Source: Candidatus Poribacteria bacterium (GTDB lineage: Bacteria > Poribacteria > WGA-4E > PCPOR2b). From it: a DNA stretch of 64,000 bases. The stretch covers positions 4,160,001 through 4,224,000 of the forward strand of contig OZ242351.1 of the NCBI GenBank assembly GCA_965208675.1, read 5' to 3'. Numbering within the stretch: position 1 is the stretch's first letter; each line of letters opens with the position of its first letter. Below, piece after piece: positions 1 to 9,817 of this stretch. A program made the translations under genes and the position numbers. The notes below the pieces were generated by a model, which was given only the letters and a program-made list of their open reading frames with translations, made no database searches and had not been told where the DNA came from.

Positions 1-1127
1 GCGATATCCTCCTCCAATATAACCGAGGGTTTAGGCGCCGCATTAGTTGTAGCCTCGACTAGAGGCTGAATCTGAAGCTGAGTCAAGTTGCTTGAAGATG
101 TAAAATCGCGACCAACATATACCATTTTCGTTCCATCAGGTGAAAAATCAATATCCCACGACATGTCCAAATCGTCGGGCACATGAACTCTCGTGATCGT
201 ACTTTTATTTTCGTTCATTTCCTCAGATTGGCCAAAGGCATCGGGCGCTTCAAACGGCTCCCGTTTCTGCCCAAACTCGCCGTCATTCCCTTCAGGACCG
301 AGTATGGTAACCCTAGTTACTTCAGCATCTACGAGGAGGTCGCCATCTTTGACAACCTGTGATTTGGAAGGCAGCGGCCCACCGAACCAGTCGCGAAGCG
401 GATGAAGCGGGTTTTGTGGCAGGCTCAAACTTAAGACTAGGAGAATTAACCCACCTGCAGCAGATAGCCCCACGGGTAACCCGGTCTTGTGGGGCGCCGT
501 TTGAATCTTCGCCTCTCTGATAAACTCCACTACGCGAGCCGTAAATCCTGGTGATAATTTACGGTCGGCAAGGGCGGTGGGCATCATTGAAACTAGATCT
601 TCACTCAGCACAGTTTTGAGCTTCGCTCTAGCTCGCATCAGCCGCTGATTGATGGTATTCGGAGACACCCGCAGCGTCTCGGCAATCTCTTTGCTCTTTA
701 GCCCAGCCATGTAACGGAGCACTAAAACTTGACGGTGCATCTCAGGGAGGGAAGCCAGTGCTTCATGGATTCGTTGGTTTCTCAGGTTTTTTGCGTGCGC
801 GTCCATATCTGCTCGATGGCTGTCGGATTGGTCGGCAAGGTACGCCGCATCAATCTGTCTGTATTGGGCACGATGGAAATCCTTGCATCGGTTCACAGCG
901 CTTGAATGAAGCCACGCATAGAAATTGTCCCATCGTTTCAGCGTGGAGAGTTTTTTGTAGGCGTTGAAAAACACATCTTGAGTGAGGTCCTCTGCATCTT
1001 GAAACTGACCGACTTTGGCATACACGAGCGCGAAAATTCGAACTTTATATTTGTCAACTAACTCGGCGAATGCCTCCGGGTTGCCCGAAAGACATTCATA
1101 AACGATTTGCCTGTCACTCGTGTGCAT
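1..1127 (-). CDS. ECF RNA polymerase sigma factor with TM helix and C-terminal TolB/PD40-like extension (3' end runs off the window)
   Basis: Manual translation from ATG 1127: MHTSDRQIVYECLSGNPEAFAELVDKY...DAEDLTQDVFFNAYKKL...FYAWL (region 2), ALASLPEMHRQVLVLRYMAGLKSKEIAETLRVSPNTINQRLMRARAKL (region 4), hydrophobic LSAAGGLILLVLSLSL, then DIDFSPDGTKMVYV; open to base 1, so absent from the ORF track. Confidence 0.9.
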   Translation of the reverse strand, partial: MHTSDRQIVYECLSGNPEAFAELVDKYKVRIFALVYAKVGQFQDAEDLTQDVFFNAYKKLSTLKRWDNFYAWLHSSAVNRCKDFHRAQYRQIDAAYLADQSDSHRADMDAHAKNLRNQRIHEALASLPEMHRQVLVLRYMAGLKSKEIAETLRVSPNTINQRLMRARAKLKTVLSEDLVSMMPTALADRKLSPGFTARVVEFIREAKIQTAPHKTGLPVGLSAAGGLILLVLSLSLPQNPLHPLRDWFGGPLPSKSQVVKDGDLLVDAEVTRVTILGPEGNDGEFGQKREPFEAPDAFGQSEEMNENKSTITRVHVPDDLDMSWDIDFSPDGTKMVYVGRDFTSSSNLTQLQIQPLVEATTNAAPKPSVILEEDI

Positions 1128-1255
1128 AGGAATGCTTTCATATTTTAAGAGCAAGTTGCAGTTTGCGATTCAAAACGAGGTGGGGTTGCTTGTTCGACTA
1201 AGGACGGTACCGCAAATTTCAGTAATGCTAGTGTTCGCCAAACTATACAGAAATG

Positions 1256-1855
1256 TTAGTCGGTTTTAGGTCGCTGGTGGATAAACTTGACCATGTATTC
1301 CCCTTCTTCCCTTCTCAATTCGAGGTGATTCCCATCGTCAGAGTGGATAAAATCCAGCGGGCCTCCATCATTGTACCAAAAATCATACAGAAATACGGGG
1401 TTTTCAAGGTCTCTTCTGATTTCCGGTGCTTCCTCCTTCGGTTCCACTCTGGTTACAATCAAATTTAATCGGAGTTTATTTTCACCTATGTAATATTTTC
1501 CCCGGAAGGTAACTACCAATTCTTGGATGTGTTCCCAGCCTTTCCATTCAAGCCAATGCAATTCATCCTCTTGTATGGGATATCTTTGTACTAGTTCAAA
1601 GATTCCATCTGCCGCCAGTGTCAGGATATTCGGGTTTGCGCCAGCAATTGACCCTTCAGAATCAATCTGGTTCATCACTACTCCATCCTTTAACCAAATT
1701 ATATCCATAAGACGCCAATCTCCCAAAATCGGGGAGTCGATATGGGCTGGCGGCTCGGTCGGGGTTTCCCCAACGGGATTTTCGGTATTTCCACACCCTA
1801 CGATGAAAACAAGTAAAATTCCAATTATTGTTGCCCAGGTCAATATTAATTTCAT
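1256..1855 (-). CDS. putative lipoprotein
   Basis: Signal peptide ending in lipobox IVGC, Pro-rich linker, 'ILGDWRL' lipocalin-like start. Confidence 0.7.
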   Translation of the reverse strand: MKLILTWATIIGILLVFIVGCGNTENPVGETPTEPPAHIDSPILGDWRLMDIIWLKDGVVMNQIDSEGSIAGANPNILTLAADGIFELVQRYPIQEDELHWLEWKGWEHIQELVVTFRGKYYIGENKLRLNLIVTRVEPKEEAPEIRRDLENPVFLYDFWYNDGGPLDFIHSDDGNHLELRREEGEYMVKFIHQRPKTD

Positions 1856-1883
1856 CTGTTCGTGTTCCCAACGTTGGTTTCAG

Positions 1884-2642
1884 TCAGTTCTGTGCTTTCA
1901 GCTTTCCCCACGTCGTCGACAATTTCTCTCCCAAGCGATTGACTGCCAAAAAACCAGGGCCGCCATCCGGCACATCGGGACCTGTCACCGTAAAATCATC
2001 CAACAGGATGTTACACCTTCCATAAAATAACAATCCAATCGTCCCCATAGGGACTGAATCTTCTTCTGTGAATAAACTAACATCGCCGATCGAAAAAGTG
2101 TAACCGTTTCCTTCGCGTTGAATGCTCAACGTGTACCAGACCCCTTTTTCGAATGCAAAGCGGCCCATTGCAGCGGTATTTTCGTGCAGGAGTTGCCAGA
2201 GTTCTGGATGATCCTCTATCACGTAACGCTCAATGGAAACAATCAAAACGTTGGGTTCTTCCGCGGAATGCCAGAACATAAATTTTATAAGCCCTTCATA
2301 TTTTCTTGTTTCTTCGTTAAATGACATATATTCAATCCACCAATAGCTGTCCTCCGGGCCTCGGATGTTCCTAACCATAAACTTCGATTCCATCGAGAAA
2401 TCTTTGATTCTACCTAGTCCCCAATTTAAGATTCTATATTGAGCATTTTGTTTTTTCCCTCTGTAATTAAAGTGACCATCAACGACGGCTGCGCTAAGCT
2501 CGTCATCAACCCGACCACTTCCCCAATCCCGAAGGGTTTTATCGCTGAAATCGTCTATCCACGTACCGGCGGTACAGATGCGTCCAAACACAGCCAGCCC
2601 TAGGAGAACAATCATGAATTGAACGGTTTTAATCGGCATCAA
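1884..2642 (-). CDS. secreted beta-sandwich protein with C-terminal 'AVxxxxxKLSTTWGKLK' tail
   Basis: Signal peptide; WIDDF...WYTLSI...GTIGL...LDDFTVTG jelly-roll-like pattern; C-terminus LAVNRLGEKLSTTWGKLKAQN; GGAGGTGA RBS upstream. Confidence 0.75.
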   Translation of the reverse strand: MMPIKTVQFMIVLLGLAVFGRICTAGTWIDDFSDKTLRDWGSGRVDDELSAAVVDGHFNYRGKKQNAQYRILNWGLGRIKDFSMESKFMVRNIRGPEDSYWWIEYMSFNEETRKYEGLIKFMFWHSAEEPNVLIVSIERYVIEDHPELWQLLHENTAAMGRFAFEKGVWYTLSIQREGNGYTFSIGDVSLFTEEDSVPMGTIGLLFYGRCNILLDDFTVTGPDVPDGGPGFLAVNRLGEKLSTTWGKLKAQN

Positions 2643-2785
2643 ACTTCACCTCCCGTTGTAACTTTCACGTCTAGAGACAAAAAGATTGTAATTGATACGC
2701 TCAATTGTATCAAATCATCTCGTTAGCAGTGACTCCAGAAACTGGTTTCTAGAATTCCACGGATCTTCACCCACATTGTGTGGTT

Positions 2786-5011
2786 CTACTTGACGATAGC
2801 CATCCGCCGTATCGCGGTGTAATCACCCGCGCGGAGTTGGTAGAAATAGGTACCGCTTGTGACGGGTTCTCCGTTTTGATTGCGGCCGTCCCAATACGCG
2901 GCTGTTGCTTTGCCTCGGTAGATTCCCGCATTTTTGCGTCCAACGTCTAGCCTGCGTACGATTTGACCGCTCTGGTCATAGATTTTCAACGTCACGAGTG
3001 AATCGTCCGCCAACTGATACGGTATCCAGGTTTCGGGGTTGAACGGATTCGGATAATTCTGCAGCAACGCTGTCCGTTTGATGTTTCCCAGTGTTGTCAA
3101 ACGTCTCAATGACGGTTCCACGCCAAACGCATTCCAAGACGAAAGTTCCCACAGCAACACCGTCCCGTCACCACTTCCGCTAGCGAGTGTGAGTCCATCA
3201 TGACTGATCGCGACACTCCCGACGTTGCCTGTGTGCGCCGCGCGCATTTGGAGATGTTTTCCGGTTTCCGTGTCCCACAGTCGAATGGTAGTGTCTTCAC
3301 TTCCGCTCACGAGAGAACGCCCGGTGGGACTGAAAACCACGCTTAGAACCGCACTGGTATGTCCGTTAAGCAAATGCAGGTGTGTTCCGGTACTGGTGTC
3401 CCACAGACGGACGATAGTGTCCGAACTTCCGCTAGCGACCGTCAGGCCGTCGGGACTGAAAGCGACGCTCCGAACCGCATCCATATGCCCCCTAAGCGTT
3501 CGCAGATGTTTTCCGGAATCAGTGTTCCACAATCGAATGGTCTTGTCTCCGCTTCCACTTGCAAGCGTACCTCCATCGGGACTGAAGGCGACGCTGTAGA
3601 CACCAAATCTATGTCCCTTGATTGTTCGCAGGTGTTTTCCGTTTTCGGCGTTCCATAGACGAATGATAGCGTCCTCACTCCCACTTGCGATGGTGCCGCC
3701 ATCGGGACTGAACGCAATGCAATTGACAAAATCCGTATGAGTGGTAATCTTTCGCAAGTGATTTCCGTTGTTGGCGTCCCACAGACGAATAACACCGTCC
3801 GAACTTCCGCTCGCGATGGTACCTCCATCGGGATTGTACGCCACGCTAAAGATTGCAGATTTATGCCCCTTGAGCGTCTGCAGGAGTTTTCCCTTATTGG
3901 TGTCCCACAGACGGATGTTAGCATCCCAATTTCCGCTTGCGATAGTGCCGCCGCCGGGGTTAAACGCAACGCTAGTCACCGCATTCGGGTGTCCGGTGAG
4001 TGTTTGCGAGGGTTCTCCCGTATCGGGATTCCACAGGCGGATGGTATCGTCCCAACCCGCGCTAGCGATAGTATCGCCATTGGGACTAAACACAACGCTT
4101 TTGACCGAATTCGTATGCCCGTTGAACATTCGTAGGAGTTCTCCCGTATGGGCGTTCCATAATCGGAGGGTAAGGTCTAATCCCACGCTTGCGATAGTAC
4201 CGCCATCGGGACTAAACGCTATGCTCCTAATCCAATTCGTATTTGCGGCGAGCGTTTGAAGGTGCTCTCCCGTATCGGCGTTCCAGATACGGACGGTACC
4301 ATCCCAACTCCCGCTTGCTAAAGCACGCCCATCTGGCCTGAATACAACGCTATCGACCCAATTCGTATGCCCAGTGAGTGTTCGCAGTAATTCCCCCGTA
4401 TTGGCATCCCATAAACGAACGGTATCGTCTCCGCTTCCACTAGCGATCGTGCGTCCATCGGGACTAAACGCAATACTGTGGACTCTAGATCTATGCCCAA
4501 TCATCTTTCGCAGTTGTTCTCCCGTATCGGCGTCCCAAAGTCGTATGGTAGCGTCTTCGCTTCCACTGGCAATCGTGCGTCCATCGGGACTAAACGTCAC
4601 GCTTCGAATCACATCTGTATGCCCGTTGAGTGTTCGCAGTTGTTCTCCCGTATCGGCGTCCCACACATGGATTGGCCCCTCCCAGCCCCCATGGACAGCA
4701 GCATCCCAACCACCGCTAGCAATCATGTGACCATCAGGACTAAAGGCAAAGCTGACGACATCCGTTTGCGCTGCTCGCAGGGTAACCTCTTGATGAGTCG
4801 CCGTATCGTAAAGCCATACTCCAATACTACTTCCTACACCAAGTCGAGTGCCGTCCGGCGAATACTTAATCTCGCTTATTTTACCTTTGCCCAGGCGGGT
4901 TTTAGCGCCCTCTGGTAGACCCCATAGTGCAAAATCTTGTGCGATGCTGTGCGGTAAACATATAACGCCAACCAACAGTAAGCCAAAATTGAAAACTGCC
5001 GCTTTCTTCAT
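2786..5011 (-). CDS. secreted WD40-repeat protein with C-terminal FlgD-Ig/T9SS-type-A-like domain
   Basis: About 13-14 GHxxxVxSVAFSPDGxxIASGSxDxTIRLW repeats; tail LLQNYPNPFNPETWIPY...YWDGRNQNGEPVTSGTYFY; start placed at ATG 5011 (MKKAAVF signal peptide, GGAGGG RBS) rather than 5119. Confidence 0.92.
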   Translation of the reverse strand: MKKAAVFNFGLLLVGVICLPHSIAQDFALWGLPEGAKTRLGKGKISEIKYSPDGTRLGVGSSIGVWLYDTATHQEVTLRAAQTDVVSFAFSPDGHMIASGGWDAAVHGGWEGPIHVWDADTGEQLRTLNGHTDVIRSVTFSPDGRTIASGSEDATIRLWDADTGEQLRKMIGHRSRVHSIAFSPDGRTIASGSGDDTVRLWDANTGELLRTLTGHTNWVDSVVFRPDGRALASGSWDGTVRIWNADTGEHLQTLAANTNWIRSIAFSPDGGTIASVGLDLTLRLWNAHTGELLRMFNGHTNSVKSVVFSPNGDTIASAGWDDTIRLWNPDTGEPSQTLTGHPNAVTSVAFNPGGGTIASGNWDANIRLWDTNKGKLLQTLKGHKSAIFSVAYNPDGGTIASGSSDGVIRLWDANNGNHLRKITTHTDFVNCIAFSPDGGTIASGSEDAIIRLWNAENGKHLRTIKGHRFGVYSVAFSPDGGTLASGSGDKTIRLWNTDSGKHLRTLRGHMDAVRSVAFSPDGLTVASGSSDTIVRLWDTSTGTHLHLLNGHTSAVLSVVFSPTGRSLVSGSEDTTIRLWDTETGKHLQMRAAHTGNVGSVAISHDGLTLASGSGDGTVLLWELSSWNAFGVEPSLRRLTTLGNIKRTALLQNYPNPFNPETWIPYQLADDSLVTLKIYDQSGQIVRRLDVGRKNAGIYRGKATAAYWDGRNQNGEPVTSGTYFYQLRAGDYTAIRRMAIVK

Positions 5012-5260
5012 TGAAACAACCCTCCATATTTGGATTGGGGAAAATTTCTTCCAATTTCTTTTTTCCGTGCACGACCTTGGATTCAGAATCTGTCTTATTT
5101 GCCTGTTTGAACAATCCAAATCCGTTTTCGAGAGAGGTCATTTCATCGATTTCGGCTCTCGTGCTGAAAGGATTCGGTTTGTCCTGTGTCTTTAGTTATT
5201 CAACTTGCCTTCGCCCATAATAGCAAAGACTGAAGCGAAATTTCCTGTGTATTTGCGTTA

Positions 5261-5277
5261 AGCAATTCATGTGCCAA
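5261..5277 (-). promoter_or_regulatory. sigma-54 (-24/-12) promoter upstream of the WD40-FlgD gene
   Basis: Minus strand TTGGCACATGAATTGCT matches TGGCAC-N5-TTGC with exact GG-N10-GC spacing. Confidence 0.65.
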
Positions 5278-5856
5278 GACCAAAATTCCAAACATCATCG
5301 CCTGGGCCCGAGAACGGACAAGATTGTATTGGAGTGAACTGTTGTAGTAGTGATGCAAATTTGTAGCGCAAGTGTCACGGGTCTATGTCTGTGGTAAAGT
5401 CCAGAAGTGATAATGAGCTTGCTTTCAGCGGGTTTAAATTTTCTGACTTTAACGTGTACCAGACTTGTTGCCTTGATTGGTCTGAATTCTAGTTAGGATT
5501 AATTGAATCCGAGAATCAGACTGCGAATAAAATGCCCCGCATAAATAGACGCCGCCCGACTTCGAATTATTACATCGGTCTGAATTTTTTTTGGATTTTA
5601 CGAGAAGAATCTATGCACGTATTGAAGGGAATGAAGGTTTGCCATGGCGATTTTTTAAACACATCAGTCTTTAGTCCAAAAAAGTGGATTTGTCACTGTC
5701 GAATTTGACGTGATACCGGCAGGTGCTCTACGGTGGGTACGGTGTTTTGAGATCGAGGGATAAGTGTGGGGATTAAACTTAATTCGGAAACACGTGTTTT
5801 CGATGTGAAATCGACCGTCGCGATTCGGAGATCGCTCCTACAATGATACCGACAAT

Positions 5857-6630
5857 TTACAATTCGGCGCTGCGTGGGTTTGTCTTTAGGGCATAGAGTT
5901 CCTCAAGGAATACGTCGTAATCAATATGTTTATGGTCGCCCATTTTCTGCGCGATAGAGTCTCCGAGGGTATAAGCTAATTTCGACCGCCTCGGTAACGG
6001 AAGGGTCCGCCGGCGTACGAGATACTCGCGTATTGCCGCCAATTCAGCGTCCGTAACCTGAGCCGGTTGAATCCAGTCGGCATAGACAAAATTCGACTTT
6101 TGGATGGTTGGGGGATGTACTGGATTGGGAGAAGCCACGGCGTTCTCTTTAACAACGAGTGTGCCAGCAGCTAAATCGCCCAACCGCTGCCAGTTTTCGT
6201 TGAATAGCATAACGACAAGCCCGGTGCCGTAGAAGAATGGAAGAAAATCGATAATACGCACCAAATTCCGTATGGCTGAATCAGAAAAGCTGATTGGATA
6301 TCCTTGCGCTTTGATGACCCGCAATCCGAGTGCGCGCTTGCCCGGCGACTGGCCATTCGTAGTTATCTCGAACACCATGTAGTAACCCCAGATGAGCGCG
6401 AATATGGCTATGCCGGTAATTGCAACTAGCCAATTGCCAAAATTTTCATCTAGATCAAGTTGGGCACGTATGGTAACATAAGCACCTATGCAAATTAGCG
6501 GGATCAGTACGGCGATATCAACTAATGCCGCATAAAAACGGGATCCGATGCCCGCGACACTATAGTTAATTCTAATTTGTTCGGGGGTTTCAACAGATAG
6601 ATGTTCGTTTACTTCTCTATTTTTAGGCAT
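5857..6630 (-). CDS. RDD family membrane protein
   Basis: VETPEQI..AGIGSRFYAALVD, GQSPGKRALGLRVI, IRNLVRIID, QRLGDLAAGTLVV motifs. Confidence 0.92.
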   Translation of the reverse strand: MPKNREVNEHLSVETPEQIRINYSVAGIGSRFYAALVDIAVLIPLICIGAYVTIRAQLDLDENFGNWLVAITGIAIFALIWGYYMVFEITTNGQSPGKRALGLRVIKAQGYPISFSDSAIRNLVRIIDFLPFFYGTGLVVMLFNENWQRLGDLAAGTLVVKENAVASPNPVHPPTIQKSNFVYADWIQPAQVTDAELAAIREYLVRRRTLPLPRRSKLAYTLGDSIAQKMGDHKHIDYDVFLEELYALKTNPRSAEL

Positions 6631-6735
6631 TCGATCTCCAGCGCTGTTATTAAGAAATAATCATTTTCTGCTAACATGCTCTGAACGGGGTCTCCTGCAC
6701 AATTCGTACAACATAACCAACCGACGACGTTATAA

Positions 6736-7719
6736 TTGATGATTTTGGAAGAGTTTATCGACAAGAAACAGCCGGTCTGGTCAGAGTTGGAAACGCTATT
6801 AAAGCGCGGCCCGCGGCGCCATATCGGCAGCGCTACGCCAACGCAACTCAATCGGTTGGGATATCTGTATCGCCGTGTGACCTCCGATTTGGCGGTTGCC
6901 CGCCGCGACTATCCAGACGATCGCTGCGTACCATACCTTAATACGCTCGCCTCCCGCGCCCACAGCGGTATCTACCAAAGCTCCCCCTTGAAAAGAAACA
7001 CAATTCGCCAGTTCTTTAGCGCCGGGTTTCCGACGCTGTTTCGCAGCAACCTCGGTTTTATCTCGGCTGCGTTTCTGCTGTTTACGCTCGGGTTTGCCGC
7101 GACATATTGGATGGCGCTGGCGAACCCACAATTCGCGGAGAAAATTGCGCCTGAAGACATCGTTGATACGATACACGAAAAGGAGATGTGGACGAACATT
7201 CCGGAGTTACAGCGAAATCTTGCCGCCTCTTTCATCATGACCAATAACATTCGTGTCGCGTTTTTGGCGTTCGCTAGCGGTATCATGTATATGGTCGGAA
7301 CAGTTTATATTCTAGCTTTCAATGGTGTGCACATTGGCACGATTGCGGGGCTGTGCCACGTGCATGGGCTCGCCCATCCACTCTGGACGTTTGTGTCGCC
7401 GCACGGTTATATCGAATTGACGACAATTTTTATCGCAGGCGGTGCGGGCTTAAAAATGGGGTATGCGCTGATTGGCCCGACGCTTTTCACCCGGAAACGC
7501 GCTTTGACCGATGCGGCGAAAACTGCGGTCAAACTCATCGGTGGTTGTGTTGTCCTGCTTGTCATCGCCGGGGTGATTGAGGGTTTTGTCTCACCTTCCG
7601 GTTTACCGCCAATCGTCAAGGTCGGATTCGGATTCGCAACCGGTGTTCTGCTATTCTCCTATCTCTTTTTGATGGGCAGGTCGAGGAAATCGGCGATACC
7701 GACAAACGCGGCAAATTAG
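6736..7719 (+). CDS. stage II sporulation protein M (SpoIIM/DUF95) family membrane protein
   Basis: W.ELE.LL, LYRRVTSDLAVAR, IMTNNIRVAF, PHGYIEL, IAGVIEGFVS motifs; divergent from RDD as commonly seen. Confidence 0.9.
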   Translation: MMILEEFIDKKQPVWSELETLLKRGPRRHIGSATPTQLNRLGYLYRRVTSDLAVARRDYPDDRCVPYLNTLASRAHSGIYQSSPLKRNTIRQFFSAGFPTLFRSNLGFISAAFLLFTLGFAATYWMALANPQFAEKIAPEDIVDTIHEKEMWTNIPELQRNLAASFIMTNNIRVAFLAFASGIMYMVGTVYILAFNGVHIGTIAGLCHVHGLAHPLWTFVSPHGYIELTTIFIAGGAGLKMGYALIGPTLFTRKRALTDAAKTAVKLIGGCVVLLVIAGVIEGFVSPSGLPPIVKVGFGFATGVLLFSYLFLMGRSRKSAIPTNAAN

Positions 7720-7799
7720 GTGTGTCTGATTTATCGCCGAATCTTGAACTCGTTAAGGAACATTTTTAATTGTCGAATACCACGTTAGACAAGGAATTG

Positions 7800-8420
7800 A
7801 TGGCTTGTACCCCAATCCTTGTAAATCCTAATTTCTTCAATCCAAACTGTACGCTTCCTTATGGTTTGGCAGTAGAACATATTCGACAGGCAATGGAAGG
7901 TTTTGTTGATTTTCTAGGGTTCATTAACGCGCAACTTTACACCAAGGAGATTCCGCGCCTTGAAAGTTTCTTAATGCCCGCTAACTTTAGTAGCATCGTT
8001 GGTGAGTTCATCAACACTAACATACCGATGCATTGCTTTGACTTAGCGAAGAACCAGTATCACAATGGACATCCAGATTTGATTCCAAAAGCGATGTTTC
8101 CGAACAATGCGGTGCAATATGCGCAAGAAGGCATCGAAGTTAAAGCGTCCCGTCATGCAAGCGGGTGGCAAGGGCACAACCCAGAATCCGTTTGGCTAAT
8201 GGTGTTTTACTTTGACAGTAATACTTCCCGCGATTCTATCAAGGGCATCGATCCTAAGCCATTTCGATTTAAGGGAGTATTTATTGCCCGAATTTTAAAA
8301 GAGGACTGGACATTTTCGGGGCGTTCGGGTGCAAGCCGACGGACAATCACCGCTAGTGTAAACACAAGCGGCAGAGAAAAAATGATGGCTAACTGGGTAT
8401 ATAAGGACTTAACAGATTGA
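7800..8420 (+). CDS. putative type II restriction endonuclease (PD-(D/E)xK fold)
   Basis: HPDL...GIEVKAS catalytic-like motif; convergent with and overlapping a DNA methyltransferase; AAGGA RBS before ATG 7800. Confidence 0.65.
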   Translation: MACTPILVNPNFFNPNCTLPYGLAVEHIRQAMEGFVDFLGFINAQLYTKEIPRLESFLMPANFSSIVGEFINTNIPMHCFDLAKNQYHNGHPDLIPKAMFPNNAVQYAQEGIEVKASRHASGWQGHNPESVWLMVFYFDSNTSRDSIKGIDPKPFRFKGVFIARILKEDWTFSGRSGASRRTITASVNTSGREKMMANWVYKDLTD

Positions 8421-9353
8421 CAGACTAAGTTGTACATCTCTGGTGTTTAGTTTCTCCAAGGCGGGTATCGCTTGCTGGCTCATTGTATAGTATTTGTCGT
8501 AGCATTCTACACCGATACAGGAATATTTGATTGCTTCTGCGGCAGCGACTGTGGAGCCGGAGCCCATAAACGGATCTACTACAATTCCTTCCCCAAGTGG
8601 TAGAGCGGAGTAAACCACCTGCCGCAAAAACGACTGTGGTTTTAAACTCGGATGATTGGCAATTCCGCGCTCCTTCTGTGAGGTGCGTTCGCTTTCTATT
8701 ACATCTGTAAAGGGGTTTCCATCAGGTTTTCGGCGTAACCCTCCGGTTTGAAACTTTTCTAGACATTCGCTTACCGTCATTCCGTTTAGGAGCGGTTTTC
8801 GAAAAATCCCCCAAGGCTCGTAACAACTGCGCGGCATCGTGCAAACATTAGAAAATTCTTTCTCTGCATTCTTGGGTCTGTCGCCGCCCCGTAGAGTTTT
8901 TACCAACCGGATTACTTGGCCCCGAAACTCAAAACCTGCATCTAAAATAGATGTAAACACTGTCTGCGAAAGTAAGGCGTTTGAAGCAAGAAAGATGTGA
9001 CCTCCAGGGCGCAAAATTTGGGAAACGAGCCGCCCCCAATCGAGAAAGTGTTGTTGCAGATGGTCCATTTCTTTCTGGTTGAGTGCTGTAAAGCGCGGCA
9101 AGGGCGAGCGTTTATGCCCATCAAAAGACGGTGGAATACGCCAAACACCACCGTTTCCATTTTCACGCTTTTCTAGCTGGTCGAGTTGGTATTCCTTTAC
9201 ACCATATGGTGGATCTGTTACAATTGCATGGATACTCTCTTTTGGAATTCTCGCCATCCATTCAAAACAATTAGCACAGATTATCACAGATTTTGAAAAT
9301 GAGTAAGATTTGTAGTCTAAAGCATAAAGCTGCTGTAGTTGATTTGTCGGCAT
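8409..9353 (-). CDS. site-specific DNA amino-methyltransferase, beta class (N6-A or N4-C)
   Basis: Motif IV TDPPY near the N-terminus; HPSLKP; motif I VVDPFMGSGST near the C-terminus. Confidence 0.93.
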   Translation of the reverse strand: MPTNQLQQLYALDYKSYSFSKSVIICANCFEWMARIPKESIHAIVTDPPYGVKEYQLDQLEKRENGNGGVWRIPPSFDGHKRSPLPRFTALNQKEMDHLQQHFLDWGRLVSQILRPGGHIFLASNALLSQTVFTSILDAGFEFRGQVIRLVKTLRGGDRPKNAEKEFSNVCTMPRSCYEPWGIFRKPLLNGMTVSECLEKFQTGGLRRKPDGNPFTDVIESERTSQKERGIANHPSLKPQSFLRQVVYSALPLGEGIVVDPFMGSGSTVAAAEAIKYSCIGVECYDKYYTMSQQAIPALEKLNTRDVQLSLSIC

Positions 9354-9362
9354 GGTTAGCTC

Positions 9363-9605
9363 CTACTGCTTGACTGTTTCGCCGAGGTTGTAAACAGGGC
9401 TAAGCTCTTGGATGACAGTTCCTATTTCTCGCCTCTCAATTTCATTTCCTCCCAATAACTTTTGAATGTCCGACAAACTGAGCAATATGACCTGCGGCGT
9501 GTTTCGGCGTTTTATCACATATCTAGTGTTGTTCTGGATGACATCATCAAGGATGCTGCCAAAATTGTTTTGAGCTTCAGTAGAAGGAATCGTTTTTGTA
9601 GTCAT
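9363..9605 (-). CDS. Phd/YefM-family antitoxin-like DNA-binding protein (no adjacent toxin)
   Basis: KTIPSTEAQNNFGSILDDV...YVIKRRNTPQVILLS is the Phd N-terminal domain pattern; GGAG RBS before ATG 9605; ends 9 nt before the MTase start. Confidence 0.85.
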   Translation of the reverse strand: MTTKTIPSTEAQNNFGSILDDVIQNNTRYVIKRRNTPQVILLSLSDIQKLLGGNEIERREIGTVIQELSPVYNLGETVKQ

Positions 9606-9627
9606 ATCCAATCTCCAATTTTTCCAT

Positions 9628-9675
9628 ATTAGCTAATTTAGCTATATTATAGCATAGATTTGATGCTTGTGCCAA
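9628..9675 (-). promoter_or_regulatory. promoter of the phd-MTase operon with tandem TAGCTA palindromic operator
   Basis: TTGGCA (9670-9675), 18 bp, extended TGnTATAAT (9646-9654); ATTAGCTAAT palindrome 9628-9637 and TAGCTA 9639-9644 immediately downstream of the -10. Confidence 0.65.
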
Positions 9676-9817
9676 AGGTTTTGGAACGGCAATTTTCAAA
9701 ATTACCCGGCGCAGCGCAAAGATTTAACGATGCTCCAACTATTCACGGTTTTCATTGTAAATTGTTTCAATAGCCCACCACGCGAATCTCCTGTGAACGC
9801 CAGAGGGGCGGCGATAA

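Noticed and set aside
3106-4918. Many long antisense or alternate-frame ORFs over the WD40 genes (also 62653-63915)
   Set aside because: Shadows of the 126-bp WD40 repeat; no independent motifs or RBS
9660-9676. Sigma-54 site at the phd promoter (TTGGCAC)
   Set aside because: No TTGC at the -12 position; better explained as the -35 of a sigma-70 promoter
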